DNA of 49,610 nt, taken from assembly GCA_937936035.1 (NCBI GenBank), contig CALGXJ010000128.1, positions 1 to 49,610 of the forward strand, read 5' to 3'. The translations under genes were made by a program, and so were the position numbers. The notes below the pieces were generated by a model. That model was not told the origin of the DNA. It did no database searches and worked only from the letters and a program-made list of their open reading frames with translations. Shown one piece after another: positions 30,401 through 38,689 of this stretch. How positions within the stretch are numbered: position 1 is the stretch's first letter; every line of letters begins with the position of its first letter. The stretch comes from Candidatus Kapaibacterium sp. Its GTDB lineage: Bacteria; Bacteroidota; Ignavibacteria; Kapaibacteriales; UBA2268.

Positions 30401-33400
30401 ACCCGCAACCTGCAATCAGTTGCCTGGGTGGGCGTAAACAAAGGCTATGCGGTTGGCGATAGAGGCTTAATCCTCTATACAACTAATGGCGGCGATGATT
30501 GGGATGTCCAGATTATGCCAGGTCTTACTTCCGACTTGAACTATATTATGTTCAAGAGCACAACGGTTGGTTTTGCAACCGGCAAAGCTGGCGTGATGAT
30601 TAAAACAACTGACGGTGGCAATACCTGGGACTTCGTAAATAGCGGAACAGACCAAGAACTAAAATCAATATTCTTCTATGGTCAAAGTGTAGGTTATGCA
30701 GTTGGTTCAAGTGGTACTATCGTTAAAACAACTGACGGTGGTAACAACTGGGCTGTTCTTACATCCGGTACAACAAATACACTCAACAGCGTATACTTTG
30801 TAAATAACAACGAAGGTTTCGTATCGGGTAATGTTGGATTGTTGCTTGCAACAAAAGACGCTGGTGCAACCTGGTCGCAAGTAACACCTGCTGATATGGC
30901 TCTTATCGATGTTAAACGCTGGCACAAAGAAACAAATCTTCCGGAAAATGGTGTTGGCCTTGGTGGTGCAATCTATTTAATAGACAAAGCAAGCCTCGAA
31001 AGAACTAACCGCATTGATACAGTATTGTTCAACCGTGTTAGAATTCAAAACAACGTTGCATTTACAGGTTCTGCAATATATTCAGATAACTTCGATCTTA
31101 AACTTATCTTCAACCGCTCTCTAGTAACTGGCAACAAGACAGACGAACGCAATACAATTGGTTTGAGCCAGAACTACATTAGCGGTCCGGTAATTAAAGA
31201 TGCTTCCAATACAACTGTTGGCAACTTTGCATCATCAGATTTAGCTCCTGCAACAATCTATGGTGAAGTGCAAGGTCCATTGCCATCATATCTTTTCAGT
31301 GAAGCTGCAAACTCATTCTATGGCAACACTGCACGCTTTATGATCCGTCTGCCAGATGCTCCAAATACTAAAGGCGTTCTTGCTGGAACTACCGGTATTG
31401 GTGCTGGCGGTACAGACACATTGCGTGGCAACTACTGGGGCCATACTGAAGCTAATGTTCTTTTGAACATTGAAAACAATCACAATTCACCTGAACTTGC
31501 AAGAATGGAAACATTCTTTGTAAATATTGCCCCAGCTGACCAGTACAATGTAGTAAATGCTGATGCTAACTATCTGCCATTCTTGTTCCAAACTAATTCA
31601 GACCCAAGAACACAAGGTCCATTTGAATCAATTGGAAAATACAGCTATGCTCCAATTATTCTCAAAAACGGACAAGATGAAAACACAGTTGGCGAAAACA
31701 GCATTGCTGAAAAATACTTAATGAGTGGTCATATCTATGATATTTACGATAAAGGAACAGACATTAAAACAGCTGACTATACTAAACGCCGTATGAGCCC
31801 AATTGAAGACTTTGCAGTTGGTATTGCTCCAAAAGTAAAGAGATATGATGTTCCTAACGCTCCATCTAATGGTAAATATGTAAAACGCTACCTGCGCGAT
31901 CCATTCGCAGTAGAAGCACGCGACGACCAAGGCAACTTGAAGTATCCATTCCTAGCACAAGTTCAAGGCGAATGGAAACCGGATGAAACAGGTCGCTACT
32001 ACCACCCAATTGGTTATCCATTGTTCCTCGAAACAATGATTGATTACAACAATGGCGAAGTCGAAAAGAACAACCACGACACAAGAATGCTCAATGAAAC
32101 AGTATTCTTTGTAATCAACGAAACAACTGGCGACTATATCCGTGTAAACCTCAAACAAGTTGGTGAAGATGCAGCACGTCGTGAAATCTTCCGCGCAAGA
32201 GTTGAATTAGTACCAGACTCCACAAATAGAAATCCAAACACATCAATCAGAAGAACAACTGAAGGTTTGTTGAACCTTGGTTCGAATGGCTTGTTCCCAT
32301 TTGCTCCATATTCAAACCCAGTTCTTCTTGAAAAATTATACCGTGATGCATACAACGAAGATGCAGCAGCATTGCAGGGACGTAAATACCACGCAGATTC
32401 AAGTGCTTTAGCAAAAGTATTCGATCTGTTCAGCAACCGTCCATCAATGCCTGTAAACAACAGAACTTATGTAGGAACTACACCTGTTTCCAATACAACT
32501 TACTTTGCTGGCGAACGCTACAGAGCACTCCCAGTTGATACTGGCGACGTAGTACGCATCATTTCACGTACAGTTCTATGGCGTGAAGGTGTATTGTCAG
32601 CTTACAATGGTGGTATTGTATTCAAAGTTACTCGTTCAACAATGCCACCTGTATTCACCGGCGATCTTGCTCGCTTAGCTCAGGACACAGTAATAAAAAT
32701 TGTAGATTCTGAATTCAATCCAGGTCAGAAAGATACATTAATTATCACAGACTTTATCAACAAGATATTTGTAACAGAAGACAGATCATATCCAGCACCT
32801 CTTGGCACATACACTGGTCGCGAATACGATCGTGGTCGTGATTCTATCTTGACAGTAACAGCAATTGATAGCAATAAATTCTACGATCCACGCTCGTTGC
32901 TCTATCCAAATCAGTACTCCAACTTGCTCTATAACTGGTTGGTAGATGACAACTCCGGTCTTAAGAGATGGATGTTGGTTGATACATTAGCAGCTACTTA
33001 TCAAAAAGATAATGCAAGCGGCTACTTTATGTTCAAAGGTCAACCACTTAACCCATATGTAGTGCCAGGCGGCGAAGATCTCTATCTCGAAGTTCGTAAC
33101 TTCCCACCACACTACCGCAGCGTAGATGTATTGAAAGCATTGAACGTACCTCAGGACACAATTGATCAGTTTATTAATATATTCCCGAAATATATTAGCA
33201 ACCCGATCTATGATATTGCAAATGCACGTTACTTGCAACAAGACACAATCGATTTCGCTTCGAACTACTTAACTCGTCAGACTGTAAAAGTGTTTGTAGT
33301 CGATAGTGCTCCACGCTTCTTGGAACCTGGCATTAATCATGGCACTGCTATGGTTAAAGTTGATAAGAATACTAGCGATTTCGTAATGAAAGACTACGTT

Positions 33401-35467
33401 GCATCAGTTTACACTTGCGGCAAAACAGCAACTGGCAAACTTAAAGCAAATCTAACTGATAGATTACGCTTCAAAGTTGACTTCAACACAGACGACGAAT
33501 TAGAAGATAGCTGGGCATTGGATTGGGACTTCCGCTATGGCAGAACTTCATACGGATTTATGAACATTGCTATGCGTGGCGGTGATGCTCCTGATACAGT
33601 AGTATTCGGAATGAAACAATTACGCCCATTGTGGATGTCCAACCAATATATGGTTAAATACGACAACCCAACAGTTGCAGATCCTTATGGATTTGACTTC
33701 CTCTCGAAAGGTCAGTTGCATTACAGCATCGACAGAACTACTGCATTAGGTCTGTTGAGACGTAACGATCAAAATACTACATCGTTAGTAAACGATACAG
33801 TATTTGCAATCGTAGCAAACGACGGACACGGTGGTGTAACTGAGAAATTAGTTGATGTATATATTAACTATGCTCCGGAAATCCTTACTGATGCATTGCC
33901 AAATGCACAAGAAGGTATTGATTATAACTTATCAATGTTGGATAGCACAAGAATAGTGAAGGCATTTGATGCTAACACTGGCGAACGTCTGAGATTTGAA
34001 CTTGCTTATGATACATATCCATCAGATTCAATCTACGTAGATCCTTGCTTCCCAGAAGCTGGTAAGATTTACGTTGAAAGAAAGACACCAAAATGGTTGA
34101 AGATTAATGCAGAAAGCGGCTTGCTCTATGGAACTCCTGGCATGCAGGACGCTCCAAAAGATGAAAAAGTAACTATTATCGTTACTGACGAAAATGGATT
34201 GTCTGCAGTTAAAACTCTCAACCTGAAGGTTCTCCCAACAGATCATGCTCCTGAGCTTTCAGGCGTTCCTGCAGTAGAGTGCGTCGATCAAGGCGAACCA
34301 TGGGAAGCATACATTACATTGAAAGACTTAGATCTTGCACGCATAAACTCCGATGAAGTTATTACATTAACATTGGTTAAACCAAGCGATCAAAGCAAGC
34401 TCAATATTACTCCATCATCTATTCGTGGACCATTGAGCAAAGCCGATACAACAATTCGTATCTGGACAAACAACTTTAACCTCAATCGCGACCCGGACGG
34501 TAAAGTTACTGTTCGAATCGAAGCTCGCGATAAAGCTGGTAAAGTTGCTGTTCTTGAATTCAGATTACAGCTCTCATTGCCAACAGACTTCTTAGTACCA
34601 GTAACAGTTGCTAACGCAATTGGTGCTAACCAAACTCTCGTGTTCGGTACTGCTCAAAATGGTGCAACTACTGGCGACGGAACTGATGGAAATGATATTG
34701 GCGCAATAGACTACGATCTCTGCGAATTCGAAATTCCTCCATATCCACCAAACGACGTATTCGATGCTCGCTGGTCAATCCCAACACGTAATGGTTTGCA
34801 CCGTAACATCTATCCAAGAGCATTGACTGGTCAAAGTGGTGAAAGAGTATACCGTGGACGCTTCCAGGCTGGCGGCGAAAGAACAACCGGAAGTGGCTCG
34901 CTCCTCTACCCGGTAACTATTACTTGGCCAAAGAGTTCAGTTCCTGCTAAGAACGATCCTGTTAACCCAACAGGCGCAAGCTGGTACATCCGCGATGCAT
35001 ACTCGAACGGTAACTTGTTCTCAGTTGATATGAAGACAGGTGCAGTAAGAAACAGCCAGAACGTAATTGTTGAAAGCTCAGTTGTAGGCAACCCTGACTT
35101 GGCTCGCATTACAATCCTTTCCGACGCTATCGATGCCTTCATCATTATCTATGATATGGCTACAAGTGTCGACGGACAAAACGATGTTACTGAATCACGT
35201 ATAAATAGCGTTTCACCAAACCCAGTAAGAGCTGCTACTAACATTAACTTCAGCATTGCTAACGCTACAAACGTTACAATGGAAGTATTCGATAATCTTG
35301 GCAATAAAGTTGCTACAATTATCAATGCTCCATACAATGCTGGTAACTACAACGTAGAATGGAACGCAGTCGATGTGAAAGGCTCGCTCTTACCAAGCGG
35401 TACATACAACGTAAGATTGGTAGCCGGTGAATCAGTATCAGTCTTCCCGGTTGTTGTAGTAAGATAA
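27446..35467 (+). CDS. Giant T9SS-sorted surface protein: Pmp-type GGAI/FxxN beta-helix with an inserted 7-blade propeller, cadherin/He_PIG-like domains, the shared C-terminal module and a T9SS tail
   Basis: 2673 aa from the ATG at 27446 (GGAGG RBS; signal MQRFFRMSFLAALLCIFLGVEGYAQ). At least 10 GGA[IL] repeats, often preceded by F.NN (for example FVNNQAGAGGAIYVDGN). Seven repeats of the form GYAVG..G.I.KTT.GG..W. Cadherin-like WLKINAESGLLYGTPG. Tail SPNPVRAATNINFS...GTYNVRLVAGESVSVFPVVVVR. Confidence 0.9.
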   Translation: MQRFFRMSFLAALLCIFLGVEGYAQLPTAYASGSIAPGEVRVFQRDSIYVINKKLVVGGTLIIEPGTTVKFLDNGCLIDSTGGRIIADGFARITYDQTAVPDPVSAFPANLGGYGYADMRYFLYDDGVKRTLSYNTRRDATVNPSKYNHIFNVVLDTLARKLVNLDPNNLPTDPRYVIVPFEYAIAFQAARLYLNPESDPNLKTSPWKRYGGVDVPFTQSRIRFIGQPVNNFSREWGHIVVLPGARAAFFRNVVFENFKKDTTVDRHPYYAQSDLPGLNTFEFNALMNRIKNLTNGAGGALTTFSSRTWLINVTFKDNTARVRGGALQILQAPEGYPVYNTPTAYYPAGKNPQITDRDGNLSEINSAYKIPLIDNIDDPAAEPLLDRERMAWDDARIAVYLGRVRNIKFDRNKVILAKVGQKILNTVPPVSVITELTDVAADYPFAYGNKAFGGALYIAGNDADENRRMEIALGVNDKLLINGNVVELDPGYNDALEVTNNEALNYQEHKSSFGARGGAIYVGANTSIIFSGKFENNQTKAPFLVSANNAESGNGFFSMGGAIFAENTLNRIQIRGGQREALKVRTDVDAESTIANQTYFVNNQAGAGGAIYVDGNVYNLVSPVIGGHDKTWNTRDYGFDIKFVNNVASSFGGAIYSKRNTIITGAGGVNGSLQYYGGKYPVIFQNNKAGYYGGALAFNIPNNVGMDPFKRLIQVVRANFDGNIVGEGVADVNKPDIRGGGAIYSLNGDLNLVKGSLFINNKVYNGNGGAIALANPITTIHKIFVTDLDIVHYDMYDAKDGFAIGYTSVNEPFTYSNAPIVADVRMLTRFLDNAIILDDNVIATQMGSGTTQIGKGTPLPSDHINAIYWLDNKEGYAVGNNGMIVKFSNGGAKWDFMPSNTNVDLTDIYFTTDDIGYAVGAYTTILKTTNKGQTWTKLSVPSITNDPKINDILFVGTQVGYAVADEGYILKTTDAGANWTVKRPATRNLQSVAWVGVNKGYAVGDRGLILYTTNGGDDWDVQIMPGLTSDLNYIMFKSTTVGFATGKAGVMIKTTDGGNTWDFVNSGTDQELKSIFFYGQSVGYAVGSSGTIVKTTDGGNNWAVLTSGTTNTLNSVYFVNNNEGFVSGNVGLLLATKDAGATWSQVTPADMALIDVKRWHKETNLPENGVGLGGAIYLIDKASLERTNRIDTVLFNRVRIQNNVAFTGSAIYSDNFDLKLIFNRSLVTGNKTDERNTIGLSQNYISGPVIKDASNTTVGNFASSDLAPATIYGEVQGPLPSYLFSEAANSFYGNTARFMIRLPDAPNTKGVLAGTTGIGAGGTDTLRGNYWGHTEANVLLNIENNHNSPELARMETFFVNIAPADQYNVVNADANYLPFLFQTNSDPRTQGPFESIGKYSYAPIILKNGQDENTVGENSIAEKYLMSGHIYDIYDKGTDIKTADYTKRRMSPIEDFAVGIAPKVKRYDVPNAPSNGKYVKRYLRDPFAVEARDDQGNLKYPFLAQVQGEWKPDETGRYYHPIGYPLFLETMIDYNNGEVEKNNHDTRMLNETVFFVINETTGDYIRVNLKQVGEDAARREIFRARVELVPDSTNRNPNTSIRRTTEGLLNLGSNGLFPFAPYSNPVLLEKLYRDAYNEDAAALQGRKYHADSSALAKVFDLFSNRPSMPVNNRTYVGTTPVSNTTYFAGERYRALPVDTGDVVRIISRTVLWREGVLSAYNGGIVFKVTRSTMPPVFTGDLARLAQDTVIKIVDSEFNPGQKDTLIITDFINKIFVTEDRSYPAPLGTYTGREYDRGRDSILTVTAIDSNKFYDPRSLLYPNQYSNLLYNWLVDDNSGLKRWMLVDTLAATYQKDNASGYFMFKGQPLNPYVVPGGEDLYLEVRNFPPHYRSVDVLKALNVPQDTIDQFINIFPKYISNPIYDIANARYLQQDTIDFASNYLTRQTVKVFVVDSAPRFLEPGINHGTAMVKVDKNTSDFVMKDYVASVYTCGKTATGKLKANLTDRLRFKVDFNTDDELEDSWALDWDFRYGRTSYGFMNIAMRGGDAPDTVVFGMKQLRPLWMSNQYMVKYDNPTVADPYGFDFLSKGQLHYSIDRTTALGLLRRNDQNTTSLVNDTVFAIVANDGHGGVTEKLVDVYINYAPEILTDALPNAQEGIDYNLSMLDSTRIVKAFDANTGERLRFELAYDTYPSDSIYVDPCFPEAGKIYVERKTPKWLKINAESGLLYGTPGMQDAPKDEKVTIIVTDENGLSAVKTLNLKVLPTDHAPELSGVPAVECVDQGEPWEAYITLKDLDLARINSDEVITLTLVKPSDQSKLNITPSSIRGPLSKADTTIRIWTNNFNLNRDPDGKVTVRIEARDKAGKVAVLEFRLQLSLPTDFLVPVTVANAIGANQTLVFGTAQNGATTGDGTDGNDIGAIDYDLCEFEIPPYPPNDVFDARWSIPTRNGLHRNIYPRALTGQSGERVYRGRFQAGGERTTGSGSLLYPVTITWPKSSVPAKNDPVNPTGASWYIRDAYSNGNLFSVDMKTGAVRNSQNVIVESSVVGNPDLARITILSDAIDAFIIIYDMATSVDGQNDVTESRINSVSPNPVRAATNINFSIANATNVTMEVFDNLGNKVATIINAPYNAGNYNVEWNAVDVKGSLLPSGTYNVRLVAGESVSVFPVVVVR

Positions 35468-35477
35468 TATGTCGTCG

Positions 35478-35511
35478 TATGGCTTCCCCCACAAAAGTTG
35501 GGGGAGCCATA
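35478..35511 (+). other. Strong hairpin (13 bp, one bulge) between the 2673-aa and 645-aa genes; no U-tract
   Basis: TATGGCT(T)CCCCCA-CAAAAGT-TGGGGGAGCCATA. Could be a partial terminator or an mRNA processing/stability element. Confidence 0.5.
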
Positions 35512-35559
35512 TGAAATTAACTTATGAAAAAGATATACAAAATAAATAATGGAGTTAAA

Positions 35560-37497
35560 ATGAGAAGATTATTTTTCCTTGCTACCGGGATTTTAGTTCT
35601 GATGATGACTGTATTCCCGGGTAAGCAATTGAAAGCTCAGGTTTTTGGCGAATTCGAAGGCATTCAGTTAGTGAATCGTCCCTTTGAATTCCTCCAAGGT
35701 GGCACTGCAATCCCATACGAAAATTTTGTGGTTCCACCAAATAATACATTAGACCTCGATGATGGTTATGCAGAAGTGCCTCTTCCATTCCCATTCGAGT
35801 TCAATGGCGAAATCTTTACTAAAGTCTGGATTAATATTAATGGTTTCGTTACTTTCGGTAAAGTTACAATTAACGGAACATTGGAAGGTCCTCCAACATT
35901 AATTGCAGGAACAAAGAACCCAGACGCTTTGTTCTATGACGACCCATCATATCCGGTAAACGTTCTTGCTCCATTCTGGGGCGATCATTACTACCGCCCT
36001 GACAGTGTGAAATTTAAAGGTTATGCTCCTACTACAATTTCTTACAAGAGCGAACCAGACAAATTCATAATCGAATGGAAAAATCTAAATATTAACTATT
36101 TACCAGATTTCAAAGCAAGCGTTGCTGATTTCCAACTTATTCTCTATAAATCAACTGACCCATATTCAGCTCAGGGCGATATCGAATTCCGCTACGGAAC
36201 AGTTGGTAAACGTGCAGAACAAATTCCTTACTGGCAAACTGGTGAGCCAGGATTCGATGAAAGAATTTTCACTAACAACTGCGCAGTTGGTATAAAAGGC
36301 GAAGGCAAAGGCTTTTTGCAGAAAGCTGACTTTATGAACGCTTTGTACAACGGCGGTTATCTTCCATACGATCCTGTAAAAGTAGTTACAGAAACTTCCA
36401 AAACTACTGAATGGACTCCGACAAGAAATAATGCTTTGTCGATTTTCCTCAGAGCTAAAAAACGCTTCAACATAGCTGAATGGTGGGGCGACGGTGATGT
36501 TGATTTCTCGAAAGCTGCCGGCGAACCACACTACAACAAACCACAAAACCGCTTTGTAACAATTAACGATGCACGTTTGGTAATGAGAGCAATTGCTACA
36601 AACGTTCCTCTCGATTCAATCCGCCGCCGTGCTGCTTATCATGCTGATGTAAATCATAATGGACGCTTCTATTATGATACATTAGGCAATAGAAAGACTA
36701 TTCCTTGGAGAACAATGAACTATGCAGATAGTATGCATAGAATTACCGACATCAGCTCTCTCAAACAAATTATGTTCCAGGCAGACGAATACGATGCTGC
36801 ATTGATTATTGCTTATATCTCTGGCAGAATTCCTTACTTGCCTTGGATTTGGGATACTGTTCCTCAATACGGAAAAGTAAATAATGAAATCGCATCGATT
36901 CGTTTCGGCGAATGGACAAGAATAAATGAAAATACTTATAATATTCCAGTCTATTTGGATGCTAATTTCGTTGGTCCGGTTGGTGCAAAATTCCAATTAG
37001 ACGGCGAAGTAGTTGCTGTAAACACAAACGATGAAAATGTTATTGCTATGAACGGCAAAAACAATGTAGTAATTAGCGGCGTTGGTGAATTTGCTGCTAA
37101 TAAACCATTTGCTTATGTTACAGTTACTACAAACAACAAAGAAATAAACGCAAGCAATATTAGATTTAACGAACGCGATATTGAAAACGTTAAAATCAAA
37201 CTTGCTGAAGGATTGGCAGGCGAAGAATTTGTAATGTCTGCATATCCAAATCCTGCAAACTCAACTACTAATATTGCTGTTAGCATCGACAACTCCAGCA
37301 ACTACGAACTGGCAATCTTTGATGCACAAGGCAACTTGGTTAAAGTATTGCACAAAGGTTCACTCAAAGCCGGACAATATTCATTCGACTGGAACCTGAC
37401 AGACGAAGCTGGCAAGAAAGTAGGAAACGGCGTTTATATTTACCGCTTAACCGGTAATGGCAACACTGTTTCTAATAAAATAGTTGTTTCGAGATAA
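35560..37497 (+). CDS. T9SS-sorted secreted protein with a NIDO-like N-domain and a dockerin-like EF-hand pair
   Basis: 645 aa from the ATG at 35560 (signal MRRLFFLATGILVLMMTVFPGKQLKAQ). LAPFWGDHYYR ... FQLILYK ... IEFRYG resembles the NIDO domain. GDGDVDFS...INDARLVMRAI and ADVNHNGRF...DAALIIAYISGRI resemble dockerin calcium loops plus helices. Tail YPNPANSTTNIAVSI...GVYIYRLTGNGNTVSNKIVVSR. Confidence 0.8.
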   Translation: MRRLFFLATGILVLMMTVFPGKQLKAQVFGEFEGIQLVNRPFEFLQGGTAIPYENFVVPPNNTLDLDDGYAEVPLPFPFEFNGEIFTKVWININGFVTFGKVTINGTLEGPPTLIAGTKNPDALFYDDPSYPVNVLAPFWGDHYYRPDSVKFKGYAPTTISYKSEPDKFIIEWKNLNINYLPDFKASVADFQLILYKSTDPYSAQGDIEFRYGTVGKRAEQIPYWQTGEPGFDERIFTNNCAVGIKGEGKGFLQKADFMNALYNGGYLPYDPVKVVTETSKTTEWTPTRNNALSIFLRAKKRFNIAEWWGDGDVDFSKAAGEPHYNKPQNRFVTINDARLVMRAIATNVPLDSIRRRAAYHADVNHNGRFYYDTLGNRKTIPWRTMNYADSMHRITDISSLKQIMFQADEYDAALIIAYISGRIPYLPWIWDTVPQYGKVNNEIASIRFGEWTRINENTYNIPVYLDANFVGPVGAKFQLDGEVVAVNTNDENVIAMNGKNNVVISGVGEFAANKPFAYVTVTTNNKEINASNIRFNERDIENVKIKLAEGLAGEEFVMSAYPNPANSTTNIAVSIDNSSNYELAIFDAQGNLVKVLHKGSLKAGQYSFDWNLTDEAGKKVGNGVYIYRLTGNGNTVSNKIVVSR

Positions 37498-38669
37498 TGC
37501 TGAAAAGAATTTGCGGCATCGGGCTGCTGATAGTTACAATGCTCAGCAGCCTGGTAGCCCAAAATAATACGATTAAACCAACGCTTCAAAGCGTTAAGAC
37601 AATAGATGTATGCGGAGACATTAATAATTACGAAGTATTAGTTCTTTTGACAATTGGTAAGATTACGAAGGCAGATTCTTTGTTCGGGTATAATTTCGAA
37701 ATAAAGTATGACCCTTCGAAAATCAAATTTAATTTTGTCAGTACATTTGGTACATTGTCCGAGTTCTTTGAAATAAAGCAATTTACAATTTCGGCAGCCG
37801 ATAGCGCTATCTATGGAACTGCTGGTCATTTAAATCCGTTCCTTGCACCTGTGGAAGGCGATTTGCCATTGCTTGCGATTCAAGGCGAATGGCTTGGCGA
37901 TTGCGATGACACTTCGGCAGTAAGTTTGTCTTACATCGCATTTACCGAAGAGTTCAAGAAAAATATCGCTGAACCACAGCAGGCAAAAGTCGAAGCGGTT
38001 ATCGCAGATAAACCGGATAGAAAACTGAGTGCTTTATTTAGCGATGACCAATTAAACTTCGACTCACAGGGTGCAAAAGAAACAAAGCTAATTCTAAACA
38101 GCAACGGAAAAAAAGTTAGCAATGTTAAACTGGATTTAAAGAAAAATGGCAGTTCGTTCGAAATATCAAAAGTCGAGCCGATGAGCGATAACATTGTTAT
38201 TAACAATATTACAAATGAAGGCGGCTTGATAAACCTTGATATTTCTGTCAATAATCAGGTGCTTAATGATACATTGATTATTGAAATAATGAACAATAGC
38301 GATATTGGCAAATACACGGGATGGATTTCAATTGATAATGCAATAGTTGGAGACTGCGATTGCATTACTCGATTTGAAATCAACAATCTGGAACTTACTT
38401 CAGATATTCCGGATACTACAACGGTAGTTGAAAAAGACTACGAAACTGTTGTGTATTACAGCAGAAATTGTGATTGCATAACATTAAGAACAGACAACGA
38501 AGACGAAAAAATTGTTAAAGTGTATGATATAAACGGTAAAATGATATATTTTGAAAATACATACGAAAAACACATACGGATAAATGCAGAAAAATTTGCA
38601 CGTGGTATCTATATAGTTGAAATAGATAGTAAAGCAGAGAAAATTATAAAAAATCTAATAAAATATTAA
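37497..38669 (+). CDS. T9SS-sorted secreted protein with an N-terminal cohesin-like module
   Basis: 390 aa. The ATG overlaps the upstream TAA (TAATG). Signal peptide present. VLVLLTIGKITKADSLFGYNFEIKYDPSKIKFNFV resembles the cohesin F.i.YDp..l motif. A CDCIT motif occurs twice. Degenerate CTD (VKVYDINGKMIY...GIYIVEIDSKAEKIIKNLIKY). Confidence 0.75.
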   Translation: MLKRICGIGLLIVTMLSSLVAQNNTIKPTLQSVKTIDVCGDINNYEVLVLLTIGKITKADSLFGYNFEIKYDPSKIKFNFVSTFGTLSEFFEIKQFTISAADSAIYGTAGHLNPFLAPVEGDLPLLAIQGEWLGDCDDTSAVSLSYIAFTEEFKKNIAEPQQAKVEAVIADKPDRKLSALFSDDQLNFDSQGAKETKLILNSNGKKVSNVKLDLKKNGSSFEISKVEPMSDNIVINNITNEGGLINLDISVNNQVLNDTLIIEIMNNSDIGKYTGWISIDNAIVGDCDCITRFEINNLELTSDIPDTTTVVEKDYETVVYYSRNCDCITLRTDNEDEKIVKVYDINGKMIYFENTYEKHIRINAEKFARGIYIVEIDSKAEKIIKNLIKY

Positions 38670-38689
38670 TTTATTAATTTGGGGGTATC

